A stretch of 64,000 nucleotides of DNA from Bacillota bacterium (lineage in GTDB: Bacteria; Bacillota; JAAYKD01), in contig OY762825.2 in assembly GCA_963666425.2 (NCBI GenBank), positions 2,432,001-2,496,000 on the forward strand, in the 5' to 3' direction. The translations under genes and the position numbers were made by a program. The first letter of the stretch is position 1. Each line of letters starts with the position of its first letter. Below the pieces are notes generated by a model that made no database searches, was not told where the DNA came from, and was given only the letters and a program-made list of their open reading frames with translations. Shown one piece after another: positions 9,062-20,700 of this stretch.

Positions 9062-9736
9062 ATGAAAATACTTTGTGTTTCCGCTTCCAATACGAAGCGT
9101 ATGGGAGAAAACAGCGCTTCAACAAAAGTTTGTCATCTTATTTCGGATTTGATCATCCAGGAATTCAATTCGACAACAGAGGTGGAGACCATTGCTTTAG
9201 CTGCCTATGATTTGCGGACCTGCAATCTTTGCGGTGATTGCAGCAGCACAAACAAATGTCTCTATGATGCGGATTTCAATCTGCTTTATGATAAACTTGC
9301 CAAAGCGGACGCTATTTTTTGGGTAGTACCGCATTATTCACCCATACCGGCAAAATTGATTATTTGTTTCGAGAAAATCAATGAGATTTCTTATGCCTCA
9401 TGGTCGAAAAACAGCAGGTATCGCACACCGTTTCATCATAAAGTAACTGCGGTAATCGGGCATGGTGGCATGCCGGAAAGCGCAGAAGTGCTGCAATATT
9501 ATCATGATAAGTTAGTTGCTCCGGTAGCCGATATTTTAACCTCTTTATCGTTTCATATTGTTCCCGGCAACCATTTGTTGCCGAAAGGGGTTGCTTTTGG
9601 CTTAGCCGATGGGAACTGCATTGTCAAAGCCGAGCAGAAGGTATTTCCGGATATCATTCAGGATTATACAATGATACGGGAAAGAGTCAGACCGTTAGTC
9701 AAGAATGTGATGGAAGAATTATCGGCAAAAATGTAA
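9062..9736 (+). CDS. Flavodoxin-fold / iron-sulfur flavoprotein (NADPH-dependent FMN reductase family)
   Basis: N-terminal KIL.VSAS, CxxCxxCx5C cluster motif, ADAIFWVVP.Y. Confidence 0.75.
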   Translation: MKILCVSASNTKRMGENSASTKVCHLISDLIIQEFNSTTEVETIALAAYDLRTCNLCGDCSSTNKCLYDADFNLLYDKLAKADAIFWVVPHYSPIPAKLIICFEKINEISYASWSKNSRYRTPFHHKVTAVIGHGGMPESAEVLQYYHDKLVAPVADILTSLSFHIVPGNHLLPKGVAFGLADGNCIVKAEQKVFPDIIQDYTMIRERVRPLVKNVMEELSAKM

Positions 9737-9785
9737 ATAAAGCGCAGCTGGAAGGAATCTCTTGCCGCTTCTTCACTGAAAATAG

Positions 9786-9814
9786 AAAGCACCTCATCAG
9801 CGAGGTGCTTTTTT
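9786..9814 (+). terminator. Intrinsic terminator
   Basis: AAAGCACCTC-ATCAGC-GAGGTGCTTT plus T-tract. Confidence 0.8.
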
Positions 9815-10087
9815 CTATCGTTGCGCATATGCATCAATCAGGAAGATCGTTTGTTAAAAAGGTTTTGCTTTTCTTCAACACCGCTAAAATTTCGGAAATT
9901 CTCCGCTTGTTCAGCAGCGAATGAAATCATTGATAACCGTATCGATGCCTGCTTTTTTCGTAAAAGGATTGATCCATTGGATGATCCCTTGCTTACTTAC
10001 TTTTAAGCCTTTGGCTTGGCAAAGATTGATCAAGATGGAGGAAGACCGCTGTTTAAAAAAAATTTTTCGAAACCAACGAGTAAACCC

Positions 10088-10118
10088 TTGACTTAGAGTG
10101 AACTCCAGGTGATATGCT
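10088..10118 (+). promoter_or_regulatory. MerR-type promoter with 19-bp spacer
   Basis: TTGACT-N19-TATGCT with dyad CTTAGAGTGAACTCCAGG in the spacer; a MerR gene lies in the same unit. Confidence 0.8.
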
Positions 10119-10149
10119 CCCATCAACAAGCAGAAAGAAGGAGAACAAG

Positions 10150-11244
10150 ATGAAGAATTTTGGTTTTGGTTGTATGCGGCTGCCCATGAAAGATGGAGTG
10201 GTTGAAATTGCGCAATTCAGCAACATGGTTGACCGTTTTTTGGCAGAAGGATTCACCTATTTCGATACGGCTCATGGCTATTTAGGAGGGAAAAGTGAGC
10301 TTGCCCTGCGGGATTGTCTGACCAGCCGCTATCCCCGCCAAGCCTACCAGTTGACGAATAAACTGAGCACGAATTTCTTCAACATTGAGGCGGATATTCG
10401 ACCGCTCTTTGAAAATCAACTGCAGGCGTGCGGTGTAGAATATTTTGACTATTACCTGATGCACGCACAGACAGCGGACAATTATCAGAAATTTGTCGAT
10501 TGCGGCGCTTATCGTATTGCGGAAGAACTAAAATCGGAAGGAAAAGTAAAGCATATCGGTCTCTCTTTTCACGATAAAGCAACTGTTTTACAGCGTATTC
10601 TCTCCGAACAACCTGAAATCGAAGTTGTTCAGCTGCAACTAAATTATGTGGATTACGATAATTCCAGCATAGAGGGCGGCAAGTGCTTGGCAGTTTGCCG
10701 CGAATTTAAAAAGCCTGTCATCGTTATGGAACCCGTCAAGGGGGGCAGCCTGGTCAATTTGCCGGATGAAGCCAAGGAAATTTTGGACGAACTGGCAGGC
10801 GGAAGTTATGCCAGTTACGCAGTCCGTTATGCGGCTTCTCTGGAGGGGATTTTATTAGTGCTTTCCGGTATGAGCAATCTAGCGCAATTAGAGGATAATA
10901 TCAGTTATATGAAGGAATTCAAACCACTGACGCCTGCCGAATTTGTAGCGATTGACCAAGTCAGCACAATTTTCAAAAAGCAGGACCTGATCCCTTGCAC
11001 AGCCTGTCAATATTGCATAGATGGCTGCCCAATGAAAATAGCAATTCCTGATTTATTCGCTTGCATGAATGCCAAACAGCAATTTAAGGATTGGAACAGC
11101 AGCTTTTACTACAATGTGCATATTCAAAACGCCGGGAAAGCGTCGGATTGTATCCAATGCGGCAAATGTGAAACAGCCTGCCCGCAACATTTGGAAATAC
11201 GTAAATTGCTTGTGGATGTGGCAGCAAATTTTGAGAATAAATAA
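10150..11244 (+). CDS. Aldo/keto reductase with C-terminal 4Fe-4S domain
   Basis: GFGCMRLP, YFDTA.GY, DYYLMH, IG.SFHD, MEPVKGG; CTACQYC and CIQCGKCETACP. Confidence 0.9.
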   Translation: MKNFGFGCMRLPMKDGVVEIAQFSNMVDRFLAEGFTYFDTAHGYLGGKSELALRDCLTSRYPRQAYQLTNKLSTNFFNIEADIRPLFENQLQACGVEYFDYYLMHAQTADNYQKFVDCGAYRIAEELKSEGKVKHIGLSFHDKATVLQRILSEQPEIEVVQLQLNYVDYDNSSIEGGKCLAVCREFKKPVIVMEPVKGGSLVNLPDEAKEILDELAGGSYASYAVRYAASLEGILLVLSGMSNLAQLEDNISYMKEFKPLTPAEFVAIDQVSTIFKKQDLIPCTACQYCIDGCPMKIAIPDLFACMNAKQQFKDWNSSFYYNVHIQNAGKASDCIQCGKCETACPQHLEIRKLLVDVAANFENK

Positions 11245-11274
11245 GCATCACTAGTGGGATAATCTAATTCCAGA

Positions 11275-11820
11275 ATGGAGGATATGAGAATGGAACTGAA
11301 CAATAAAAAGTGTCTGATTGCATTTTTCTCGCATAAGGGTTACAATTACCTGAATGGTAGCATCGTCAATTTGCCGATCGGCAACACACAAATCATGGCA
11401 GAAACGATTGCCCGGATGACCGGCGGTGATTTGTTTGAAATCACTGCCACAGCGGAATATCCTATCGAATACAAAGCATGCACGGAAGTCGCAAAAAAAG
11501 AAAAAGAAGCAAATGTGCGGCCGGAACTGGTTGTAAAAGTAGAAAACATTGCTGATTACGATGTTGTCTTCCTGGGTTACCCCAATTGGTGGGGAACCTG
11601 TCCTATGCCGGTATTTACATTTTTAAATACATATCATTTATCTGAAGTGACGATGATTCCTTTCTGTACCCATGAGGGCAGCGGGTTCGGTGTGAGCGAG
11701 CAAGAGATCAAAAACGTAATGCCGACAGTACATTTGTTGAAAGGATTGGCACTGCGAGGCAGTATGGTGAAAGATGCAGAGGTTGAAATCGCGAATTGGC
11801 TGGAGAATTTGAAAAAGTGA
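11275..11820 (+). CDS. Flavodoxin
   Basis: FFS..G, GNT...A, LGYPNWWGT.P, PFCTHEGSG. Confidence 0.85.
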   Translation: MEDMRMELNNKKCLIAFFSHKGYNYLNGSIVNLPIGNTQIMAETIARMTGGDLFEITATAEYPIEYKACTEVAKKEKEANVRPELVVKVENIADYDVVFLGYPNWWGTCPMPVFTFLNTYHLSEVTMIPFCTHEGSGFGVSEQEIKNVMPTVHLLKGLALRGSMVKDAEVEIANWLENLKK

Positions 11821-11830
11821 GGTCAAAACC

Positions 11831-12205
11831 ATGACCATAGCCGAGGTAGTTAAAAAATACGATCTATCAGCCGACACACTGCGTTACTATGAGCATATCG
11901 GTATGATCCCAGTGGTGCAGCGCACAACCGGCGGTTTGCGTGATTACAGCGAAGCGGACTGTAAATGGATAGAACTTGCCAAGTGTATGAGAAGTGCGGG
12001 ACTGCCGGTGAAAGGGATGAGCGAATATGTCAGGCTAACCCAGCAGGGAGACGAAACGATCCCCGCCCGCCGACAACTTCTCATTGGACAGCGTGAGCAA
12101 CTTGAAGCTCAAAAACAAGCGATAGAAATTATCCTGGTACGCTTGGAGTATAAAATATCCCGTTATGAGGAAGCAATGAAAACCGGTGTATTGACTTGGG
12201 AATAA
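11831..12205 (+). CDS. MerR-family regulator (AdhR/NmlR-like)
   Basis: MTIAEV, DTLRYYE.IG.IP, R...G.RDY, conserved C in KCMRSAG. Confidence 0.88.
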   Translation: MTIAEVVKKYDLSADTLRYYEHIGMIPVVQRTTGGLRDYSEADCKWIELAKCMRSAGLPVKGMSEYVRLTQQGDETIPARRQLLIGQREQLEAQKQAIEIILVRLEYKISRYEEAMKTGVLTWE

Positions 12206-12312
12206 GCATCTGAAATAGCAAACTTTGCAACTCCGCTTTCTTGAGTAAAATACAAGAATCGGTGCTGAGGAATCGCCGGAATCAGAACAGCATGAAAAGT
12301 CGATGATGGTTA

Positions 12313-12352
12313 AAAAAACAGGATTGTTGGTTTTATCGGCAATCCTGTTTTT
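12313..12352 (+). terminator. Intrinsic terminator
   Basis: AAAAACAGGATTG...CAATCCTGTTTTT inverted repeat. Confidence 0.7.
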
Positions 12353-12481
12353 GATGCCATTTTTCAGTTTACTGCAGCAAAGCTGCGTTATTCTAAAAAG
12401 CTCCTATATTAAGGCTGCTTTGCAGGTTCATTAAATACTGGACAGCAGCAGTCGCTTAATTTTTCCATTATCCTTTTCAAA

Positions 12482-12527
12482 CTGAAAATATTTTCAGCTT
12501 GACAGTGTTTATTTGTGGTGCTATGAT
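12482..12527 (+). promoter_or_regulatory. sigmaA promoter of the PPase gene with upstream palindrome
   Basis: TTGACA-N17-TATGAT (12499-12527), preceded by perfect palindrome CTGAAAATATTTTCAG. Confidence 0.65.
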
Positions 12528-12630
12528 ATCGCCTTGTAAAAGAAAGATCTTTCATTATTTTCCATTCAAAAATCCTCTGGTAATCGAAATTGACTCGAAA
12601 AACGGTATTCTTGAAAGGGGTATTTATTTT

Positions 12631-14592
12631 ATGTTTTATATTTCACTGATCATCGGGTTAATTGCTATAGTGGTCGCTTTTGGACTGCTTTACACAATTA
12701 AGCAAGAACCGCAAGTATCGCCGCAAATTGCTGAAATCGCGGGTTATATTGCAACTGGTGCCAGAGCCTATCTCAAGAGGCAGATTAAAACGATTACCTT
12801 AGTGACACCATTGCTTTTCTTGGTGCTTTTTTGGCTTTACGATTGGAGAGTCGCCGCTGTTTCCGTTTTGGGTGTGTTTACATCCCTTTTAGGATCAGTG
12901 ATTGGCATGGCTGCAGCTACGATGGCCAATTCAAAAGTAACCAGCGCCTGCGCAAAATCTTCCGACCGAGCGTTTCGTTTAGCGGTATTGGGAGGTTCTA
13001 TCACGGGCTTTTCCGTTACCGGTATCTCTGTCTTGGTTATGAGTATCCTTTATTTGGTCTTTAAAGATTACGAAATGGTTGTTGGCTTTGGCTTTGGTGC
13101 CAGCTTAGCCGCCCTCTTTGCCCAAATCGGCGGTGGCATCTTTACCAAATCTGCTGATATCGGTGCGGATTTAGTTGGCAAAGTAGAAAACAATCTGCCG
13201 GAAGATGATCCGAGAAATCCTGCGGTCATTGCCGATTTGGTTGGTGATAACGTGGGAGACTGTGCGGGTCGCGGAGCCGATTTATTCCAGAGCATCAGCA
13301 CGGATATTATTACAGGAACCCTGGTTGCTTCTACTATGGTAGATAAATATGGTCCCAAAGTAATATACTTCACCTTGATCATCCAAGCGGTGGGAATTTT
13401 AGCTTCTATGTTCGGTATTTCTATTACGAAAATCTGGAATAAAAACATGAAACCGGATTCTGCTTTTAATATGGGTTTGGTTATCACAGCAATCGTTGCT
13501 GCTTTAGCTGGCTTCGTTGTTGTAAAGCTGCTATTACCGGATATCTATGTTTGGGTTGGTTTGCTTTTAGGCATCGCAATTACTTTGATCTCTACGGTCA
13601 GCACGAGATATTATGCAGGCATGGGAGGCAAGCCGGTAAGAGAACTGGCGGAAGCCTCCAAGCGTGGCCCAGCCATTAATATCATCGTTGGTCTGAGCAA
13701 TGGCTTGCAGAGCCCGATTGCTTCCGTCGTGATGATCGTGCTTGCCATCATCGCTGCCTATACGATGTCCGGTGGTTCGCTCTTCATTATCGTTGCAGTG
13801 AACTTGGGCACGGATTTATTGATTGCCTATATTATGGCTGCGGATACCTTTGGCCCGATTACAGATAATGCTTCCGGTATCGCCGAAATGTCGCATGCTC
13901 CGGAAGAATTGGTTGAAAAACTTTCTTCCCTCGATTCCGTTGGCAATACGATGAAGGCGATTACAAAATCCTATTCCATGTCTTCGGGAACCGTCACCTC
14001 TTTTGTTAGTTTTACCGTCTTTTTCTCCATCACGAAAAATAGTGTATTGGATGTTTCGAATCCCTATGTGACGGGATTTATGCTGATCGGAATTGCTTTG
14101 CCCTTCTTAATTGCTTCTCTGACCATCAAAGGCACTGCCAAAGGTGCTTTCTTGATGGTGGATGAAGTGAGAAGACAGTTCAAAGAAATTAAAGGTCTTT
14201 TGGAGGGAACTGCCAAAGCCGACTATGCCCGCTGCATCGACATCACCACCAAAAACGCTTTGAAAGAAATGGTTCTTCCCGGAATTGTCAGTGTTTTTGT
14301 CCCGGTTGCGGTTGGTTTTGCTTTTGGCGCGCAGGCGCTTGGCCCTCTGCTGATTGGTGCCATCCTATCCTCCGCCATGTTGGGACCATTCTTCAATAAC
14401 ACAGGCACTGCTTTTGATAATGCCAAGAAATTAATTCAGGAAGACAGAGCACTAAAAGGGACTCCGCAACTGCAAGCTGCCATTATTGGTGATACGGTTG
14501 GTGATCCGATGAAGGACGTAGCCGGACCTTCCATCCTGATCTTTATGAAATTAGTTGGTATGACTGCGCTGCTGATCGCTCCTTTGATTTAG
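12631..14592 (+). CDS. hppA: Membrane-integral ion-pumping pyrophosphatase (probably K+-independent H+-PPase)
   Basis: GGIFTK.ADIGADLVGKVE, EDDPRNP, DNVGD, GPITDNA.GI.EM, GNTMKA, GDTVGDP.KD; many TM helices. Confidence 0.88.
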   Translation: MFYISLIIGLIAIVVAFGLLYTIKQEPQVSPQIAEIAGYIATGARAYLKRQIKTITLVTPLLFLVLFWLYDWRVAAVSVLGVFTSLLGSVIGMAAATMANSKVTSACAKSSDRAFRLAVLGGSITGFSVTGISVLVMSILYLVFKDYEMVVGFGFGASLAALFAQIGGGIFTKSADIGADLVGKVENNLPEDDPRNPAVIADLVGDNVGDCAGRGADLFQSISTDIITGTLVASTMVDKYGPKVIYFTLIIQAVGILASMFGISITKIWNKNMKPDSAFNMGLVITAIVAALAGFVVVKLLLPDIYVWVGLLLGIAITLISTVSTRYYAGMGGKPVRELAEASKRGPAINIIVGLSNGLQSPIASVVMIVLAIIAAYTMSGGSLFIIVAVNLGTDLLIAYIMAADTFGPITDNASGIAEMSHAPEELVEKLSSLDSVGNTMKAITKSYSMSSGTVTSFVSFTVFFSITKNSVLDVSNPYVTGFMLIGIALPFLIASLTIKGTAKGAFLMVDEVRRQFKEIKGLLEGTAKADYARCIDITTKNALKEMVLPGIVSVFVPVAVGFAFGAQALGPLLIGAILSSAMLGPFFNNTGTAFDNAKKLIQEDRALKGTPQLQAAIIGDTVGDPMKDVAGPSILIFMKLVGMTALLIAPLI

Positions 14593-14681
14593 TTGCTCTG
14601 ATCATCTGCTCGCAGCATGTGAGCGTCGATTTTTCAAAAGAATAAAGCATTTATAATCTCCGATAATCCATTGGATTAGTC

Positions 14682-14717
14682 AAAGGCGATGTCGCACATT
14701 ACGGCATCGCCTTTTTT
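14682..14717 (+). terminator. Intrinsic terminator
   Basis: AAAGGCGATG...CATCGCCTTT plus T-tract. Confidence 0.8.
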
Positions 14718-14883
14718 ATTTTTTTCGTAGGTTCACCTGATGATTCTTATTGCTAAAATGTAGTAAATAGAGTAAAATGGAGATGTTGCTGCGATCGGAT
14801 TCTCCGTTGTTTTGAAATAAATCAAAGAATTTTCTAAAATGATCAAGGCACAGCTTATTTTGCCAAGAAGGAGGGGACTGAAA

Positions 14884-17283
14884 ATGTCAAATGAAACGCG
14901 GCAATCTGGAAGCGAAGAAAAGGGAGCTCTCACAGAGGCTTACCTCAGCCGCATGAATGCATATTGGCGTGCGGCTAATTATCTGGCGGTAGGACAGCTC
15001 TATTTATTGGATAACCCCCTGCTGAAAAAACCTCTTGCAACAGAGCATATCAAAAAGACAATCGTCGGGCATTGGGGAACGGTACCGGGGCAAAGCTTTG
15101 TCTATACGCATCTAAACCGTGTCATAAAAAAATACGACCTGGATTTACTCTTAATCTCAGGTCCAGGTCATGGTGGTAACTTCTTTGTAGCTCATACCTA
15201 TTTGGAAGGCAGTTACAGTGAAGTCTATCCGAATATCAGCCAAGATGAAGCGGGCATGAAAAAGCTGTTTAAGCAGTTTTCTTTTCCCGGCGGGATCTCC
15301 AGTCATGTCGCCCCGGAAACGCCAGGATCGATTCACGAAGGCGGCGAGCTGGGTTATTCGATTGCCCATGCGTTTGGTGCGGTGTTTGATAATCCGGGCT
15401 TAATCGCCGCCTGTATTGTGGGTGATGGGGAAGCGGAAACAGGCGCACTTGCCACGTCTTGGCATTCCAATAAATTCCTCAACGCCATTCACGATGGTGC
15501 TGTTTTGCCAATTCTGCATCTCAATGGTTATAAAATCAGCAATCCAACTGTTTTTGCCCGAATGTCAGCGGAGGAAATTCGAAAATTCTTTGAAGGCTGC
15601 GGTTGGAAACCCTATTTTGTCGAGGGTGATGACCCAATGCCAATGCATCGAACGATGGCAGCTACACTAGATACTGTCATTGAGGAGATTTTAGCGATTC
15701 AAAAACAGGCGCGCAAGACAGGTGATACCACAAGACCCTTGTGGCCAATGATCATCCTTCGCAGCCCCAAAGGCTGGACCGGACCGAAAATGGTGGATGG
15801 TCAACAGATGGAGGGCAGCTTTCGGGCACATCAAATTCCTCTCACGATGCAAAAGCCGGAGCATCTGGCCTTACTGGAAACATGGCTGGCTAGCTATCAT
15901 CCGGAAGAACTATTCGATTCTCAAGGACGCTTGATTGCAGAACTGGCTGATTTGGCTCCGAGAGGCGACAGCAGAATTGGTGCGAATCCGCATACCAACG
16001 GCGGTAAGTTACTCAGAGACCTGCGTTTACCGGATTTCCGCGATTATGCAATTGAAATCCCACGGCCGGGAGCAGTTGCAGCCCAGGATATGGCGGTCTT
16101 GGGGGGATTTGTGCGTGACATCTTCAGTTTGAATGCAGAAAGTAAAAATTTCCGGATCTTTGGACCGGATGAAACCATGTCCAATCGTTTGAATAAAGTA
16201 TTTGAGGTGACAAACCGCACCTGGGATGCTGAGCAGAACGAACAGGATGAATTTTTGGCGAGCGATGGACGAGTGATGGACGCTATGCTGAGTGAGCATC
16301 TCTGCGAAGGCTGGTTGGAAGGGTATTTATTAACCGGACGTCATGGTTTCTTCGCCAGTTATGAAGCCTTTATCCGCATTATTGATTCGATGGCTGCTCA
16401 GCATGCCAAATGGCTGAAAGTCTGCAACCAACTGCCCTGGCGGCAAAAGATAGCCTCTTTGAATCTGATCCTGAGCTCAAATGTATGGCAGCAGGACCAT
16501 AACGGCTTCACGCATCAGGACCCGGGCTTCCTTGATCATATTGCCAATAAAAAAGCAGATGTTGTCCGCATCTATCTGCCGCCTGATACCAACTGTCTAT
16601 TATCCGTTTTTGATCACTGTATCAGAAGCAAAAACTATGTCAATGTGATGGTAACTTCCAAGCATCCGCGTCCGCAATGGCTGAGCATGACGGAAGCCGT
16701 GCAGCATTGTTCACAAGGCATTGGTATCTGGGACTGGGCTAGCAACGATCAAGGGCAGGAACCGGATATCGTCTTAGCTTGCTGTGGCGACACACCTACG
16801 CTGGAAACCTTAGCTGCTGTAACGATCCTGCGGGATAATATGCCGGAGATCAAAATTCGGGTGATTAATGTAGTGGATTTGATGAAATTGCAGCCGAGCA
16901 ATCAGCATTCTCATGGCTTATCGGATGCGGAGTATGATCTGCTCTTTACCAAAGATAAACCGATTATCTTTGCTTTCCATGGTTACCCTAAACTGATTCA
17001 CGAACTGACCTATCATCGTCACAATCGCAATCTGCATGTCTGCGGCTATCGCGAAGAAGGTACCATTACAACGCCGTTTGACATGCGTGTGCAGAACGAA
17101 ATGGATCGTTTTGATCTGGTCAAAAAAGTCATCCTGCGCCTGCCGCAATTGGGCAATCGAGGCGCTTATCTGGTGCAGCAGATGAACGATAAACTGGTGG
17201 AACATGAACAGTATACCCATGCCAATGGTCAAGATCTGGATGAAGTCGTCAATTGGCAATGGCATCTGCCAGAGATTGAATAA
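14884..17283 (+). CDS. xfp: Xylulose-5-P/fructose-6-P phosphoketolase
   Basis: [31 protein letters not shown] motif, [12 protein letters not shown]. Confidence 0.93.
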   Translation: MSNETRQSGSEEKGALTEAYLSRMNAYWRAANYLAVGQLYLLDNPLLKKPLATEHIKKTIVGHWGTVPGQSFVYTHLNRVIKKYDLDLLLISGPGHGGNFFVAHTYLEGSYSEVYPNISQDEAGMKKLFKQFSFPGGISSHVAPETPGSIHEGGELGYSIAHAFGAVFDNPGLIAACIVGDGEAETGALATSWHSNKFLNAIHDGAVLPILHLNGYKISNPTVFARMSAEEIRKFFEGCGWKPYFVEGDDPMPMHRTMAATLDTVIEEILAIQKQARKTGDTTRPLWPMIILRSPKGWTGPKMVDGQQMEGSFRAHQIPLTMQKPEHLALLETWLASYHPEELFDSQGRLIAELADLAPRGDSRIGANPHTNGGKLLRDLRLPDFRDYAIEIPRPGAVAAQDMAVLGGFVRDIFSLNAESKNFRIFGPDETMSNRLNKVFEVTNRTWDAEQNEQDEFLASDGRVMDAMLSEHLCEGWLEGYLLTGRHGFFASYEAFIRIIDSMAAQHAKWLKVCNQLPWRQKIASLNLILSSNVWQQDHNGFTHQDPGFLDHIANKKADVVRIYLPPDTNCLLSVFDHCIRSKNYVNVMVTSKHPRPQWLSMTEAVQHCSQGIGIWDWASNDQGQEPDIVLACCGDTPTLETLAAVTILRDNMPEIKIRVINVVDLMKLQPSNQHSHGLSDAEYDLLFTKDKPIIFAFHGYPKLIHELTYHRHNRNLHVCGYREEGTITTPFDMRVQNEMDRFDLVKKVILRLPQLGNRGAYLVQQMNDKLVEHEQYTHANGQDLDEVVNWQWHLPEIE

Positions 17284-17475
17284 TTGATTGCATCTCTGGC
17301 ACTCATCCAAAAAAACCATGATTGAAGTGATAGAAGTATATTTACCGGGGACGAATGCGAGCCATCGTATTCCTTAACTCATTACCTATTTTTAGATGAT
17401 TGATTAAAAAAAATCCTTCTGAATTAATAATATATAAAGGAACGAAACAGGAGAATAGCGAATATGACATAATTC

Positions 17476-17513
17476 AGAACCTGCATTTTCAGTATACTGA
17501 ATGCAGGTTCTTC
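17476..17513 (+). terminator. Hairpin / probable terminator
   Basis: AGAACCTGCATT...AATGCAGGTTCT inverted repeat with a weak T-tract. Confidence 0.5.
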
Positions 17514-17710
17514 TATGAATAGTGATTTTATCAAATCCTGTATTATGAAGGAGATGAGGAACCGGAAAGTAATTTCATACGCGATGAGCAAGGGGATTCA
17601 CGGATTATTTGATTGTGATGATTCATTTTAGTGATGATCTGGCTTTATTGAGAGGTAACCGGAAATAGCGTGTAAGGATTATTCCACTACGAATTTAAGG
17701 GGATGAGATA

Positions 17711-20700
17711 GTGAAAAGAAAAATAGTCAGAAAAATACTAGTTCTATCCATGGTGCTTTCTTTAGTTTCTATTCTGTTTTCGATGAATGTTTTTGCAACA
17801 GATGCCGTCACAACCGATACGGCAACCAAGGATGTTTTTTTAAATACCGATTCTGAATCAGGATATAGCGCTACCGAGTTGAGCAATGCCGTAGAATCCG
17901 AATATACCAGATTGGGAGGTACTGCTTCCGATTTGCGGATTGCTACCAACAGCACGGAAATAAACACAACTGATCTTTCCAGCTGGTATGTCTATGATCA
18001 CTATGACACAGCGTATTGGGGAACACCGGCTGCCTGGCAGACCGCTATGAAGCTATCTTCGCTAACAGACCCCAAACGTCCCTACCAGTCTTATAGTGAA
18101 TCTAGTGGATCGGTAACCAGTTTAAAAACTTGGATCGACAATAATTCCAGCTTATCTAGTACCCAAAAATTCGATCAGCACATCTACTCCGGTATAAACG
18201 CCAATGGAGCTTTTATGACCTTCGTCGGTTATGGTTCGCCTGCCTATACCGATTATTTGTTTTATCCTGATACTTTAGCCGGGACCAAAACGGTAACTTA
18301 CACCATCGATTCCGCAAATGTGAATACACATACGCTTACCTCAGCCGGATTCTTAATCAATACAGGAATTGATGGTTCAGGCAATATTAAAGGTTATATT
18401 CTGTATTATAAATATTCCGCTCCAACTGTTTATACATTATCTCTTTATCCTATCAAGGATAATGTTAAAGCGACAGATTTAGCTGCGGGTTTAGGTGTTG
18501 GCGTGTGGGATATGGTTACCTATCTCCCTTCTACGGTTTCATCTGTTTTTTGCGATGCTGCTGTAGGTGGAGCTGTAACCGGCAGCCTGACGACCAGCAC
18601 CATCACCGATGTTGTCTTGACTATAACGCCTACCAGTGTAAAAGTAGAACAGAAGGCATCTGGCACTGGCGATCCTACTTTCTCCGAAACCTGGTCATTG
18701 ACCCCAACCGGTTTCAATGGCTTTGGTCCGTATGTAGAATATTCCAGCCATGGTTGTTCTCAACTGACCAGCTATAAATTCAGTAATTTAAAAATGTCTT
18801 CCGCCACAGCAGCGACTGCCTCCGTTTCGGCCCTGGCTGCTCTGCGCAATTCCGACTATTTGATCAGACCCGGGGTGCATAAATATTTCGTTAACATTCT
18901 GGGAGCATCCAGCAGTTATGATTTGACCAAAGATGCCAATTATCTCTCTCTTGTGCAAAATAAGAGCATCGATCTCTTTACAAATAAGAGTGTCAGTGCA
19001 ATCAGTGCTCAGTTGCCGGCTTATTATGTAGATACGAGTAACACAACGCTGTCTACACTGGCCACAAGCATAGCAAACTACCTTTTGGGTATCAATTCAG
19101 GCACGACAGATTCTGACCCGGAACCGCCTGTGCTCGCTGATATTGTTGCCAATTTTTCTCTGTTCAGCGAAGGCATTCAGGTGACGAACATTATGCATGA
19201 ACTGATTCCTGCCGAGGGAGTCAGTATTGATGTGGTCAATGCAACGCAAGCTCCGAGTGGGGTAACATTAGGAACACCTACCTACAAGTTAACCAGTCCG
19301 AGTGGAGCGGAAACTACGCTCGCTGCAATTCCTTTCACTGTGACCAATAATGACAGCAGCTGGCCAGCGGGACGTTATAAAGTGACCATGGATTATGGCG
19401 GTACCAGCATCCCAGCCGAAGCCAACTTCTATATCTTAGCGGATACTACGGTTCCGTCAGTGGTGGCAGTAAAGAATGGCAATGCCATTGACTTTACTTT
19501 TACCAATACCGCAAGTCCTGCCGGTAATACGTATACTTCCAATTTGGTTAGTTATGTGATCGAGAACACAAGTACTACAGCGACACCGACCAGCACTTGG
19601 GCAAATCAAGTAGCGATCGTGAATAACGCGACCTCCGCTACGGAGCCGATCACACAAGCTGGGTATATGCATATCTTGGTGAAGGACGAAGCCGGAAATA
19701 TTGGGCATACTTCTATTGAAATCACCCAAATTTTCCCGACGATTACCGCACCGGTTGCGGCGAATATTTATTATGGTCAGGCCTTAAGTGATTCTGCCTT
19801 AACTGGCGGTGTTGCTACCTATAGCGGTAATCCGGTTGCCGGCAGCTTTGCTTGGGTAACTCCAACTGTTAAACCAGGGCTTGGGGCGACCTCTCATCAA
19901 GTTCGCTTTACACCAACTTCTTCTACCTATGCAACCATTACCATGGATGTGTCTGTGACGGTAGAAAAGCGAGCCTTGAATATTTCAACATTTTCAGCTA
20001 ATAGCAAAACTTACGATGCAAGTACTGTAGCAACCGCTGATCCGGATACTTGGAGTACCGATGCGATTAATGGAGATGTGCCGAAATTCACCTATACGGC
20101 TGCTTTTGATACCGCAACAAATGGTACCAATAAAGTTGTAAGCTTCAGCAATCTTGCTCTGACAGCGGATGCGGTGAATGCCAATTATACCTTGGTTACA
20201 ACAACCGGTTCAACCACCGCTAACATCAGCAAGCGTCCATTAACCATTACTTTGCAAGACAAGCAAAAAGTGTATGGTCAGTTGGATCCCGTATTTACGG
20301 TTACTTACAACAGCAGTGCGGATGGCGGCATGGGATTTGCCGGAACAGAGAATGCCAACACTTTAGGCTATGTTGTATTGTATCGCCTCAGCGGCAATGA
20401 TGTTGGCTTCTATCCCATCCGTTTCCAAATTTTCAATGAAACCGTTCACAATTATGTCTTCACGATTGTAGATGGCACCTTTGAGATTAAAGCAAAACCC
20501 TTGACGATTGCTTCTGTAACAGCGGAAGACAAATTGTACGACGGAAACACAAGCACGAGTGGTACTATTACAGTTTCCGGTGCCGAAGGTACTGATGAAG
20601 TTTTTGCCAGCGGCAGCTTTGCTTTTATTAATAAGCATGCCGGAGAAGACAAAACTGTCAATGCATCGTCGATCACACTGACAGGAGCAGCAGCACATAA

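Noticed and set aside
9821-10129. Short ORFs between the flavoprotein and AKR genes as a pseudogene
   Set aside because: No recognisable motif or RBS; cannot be supported from sequence alone.
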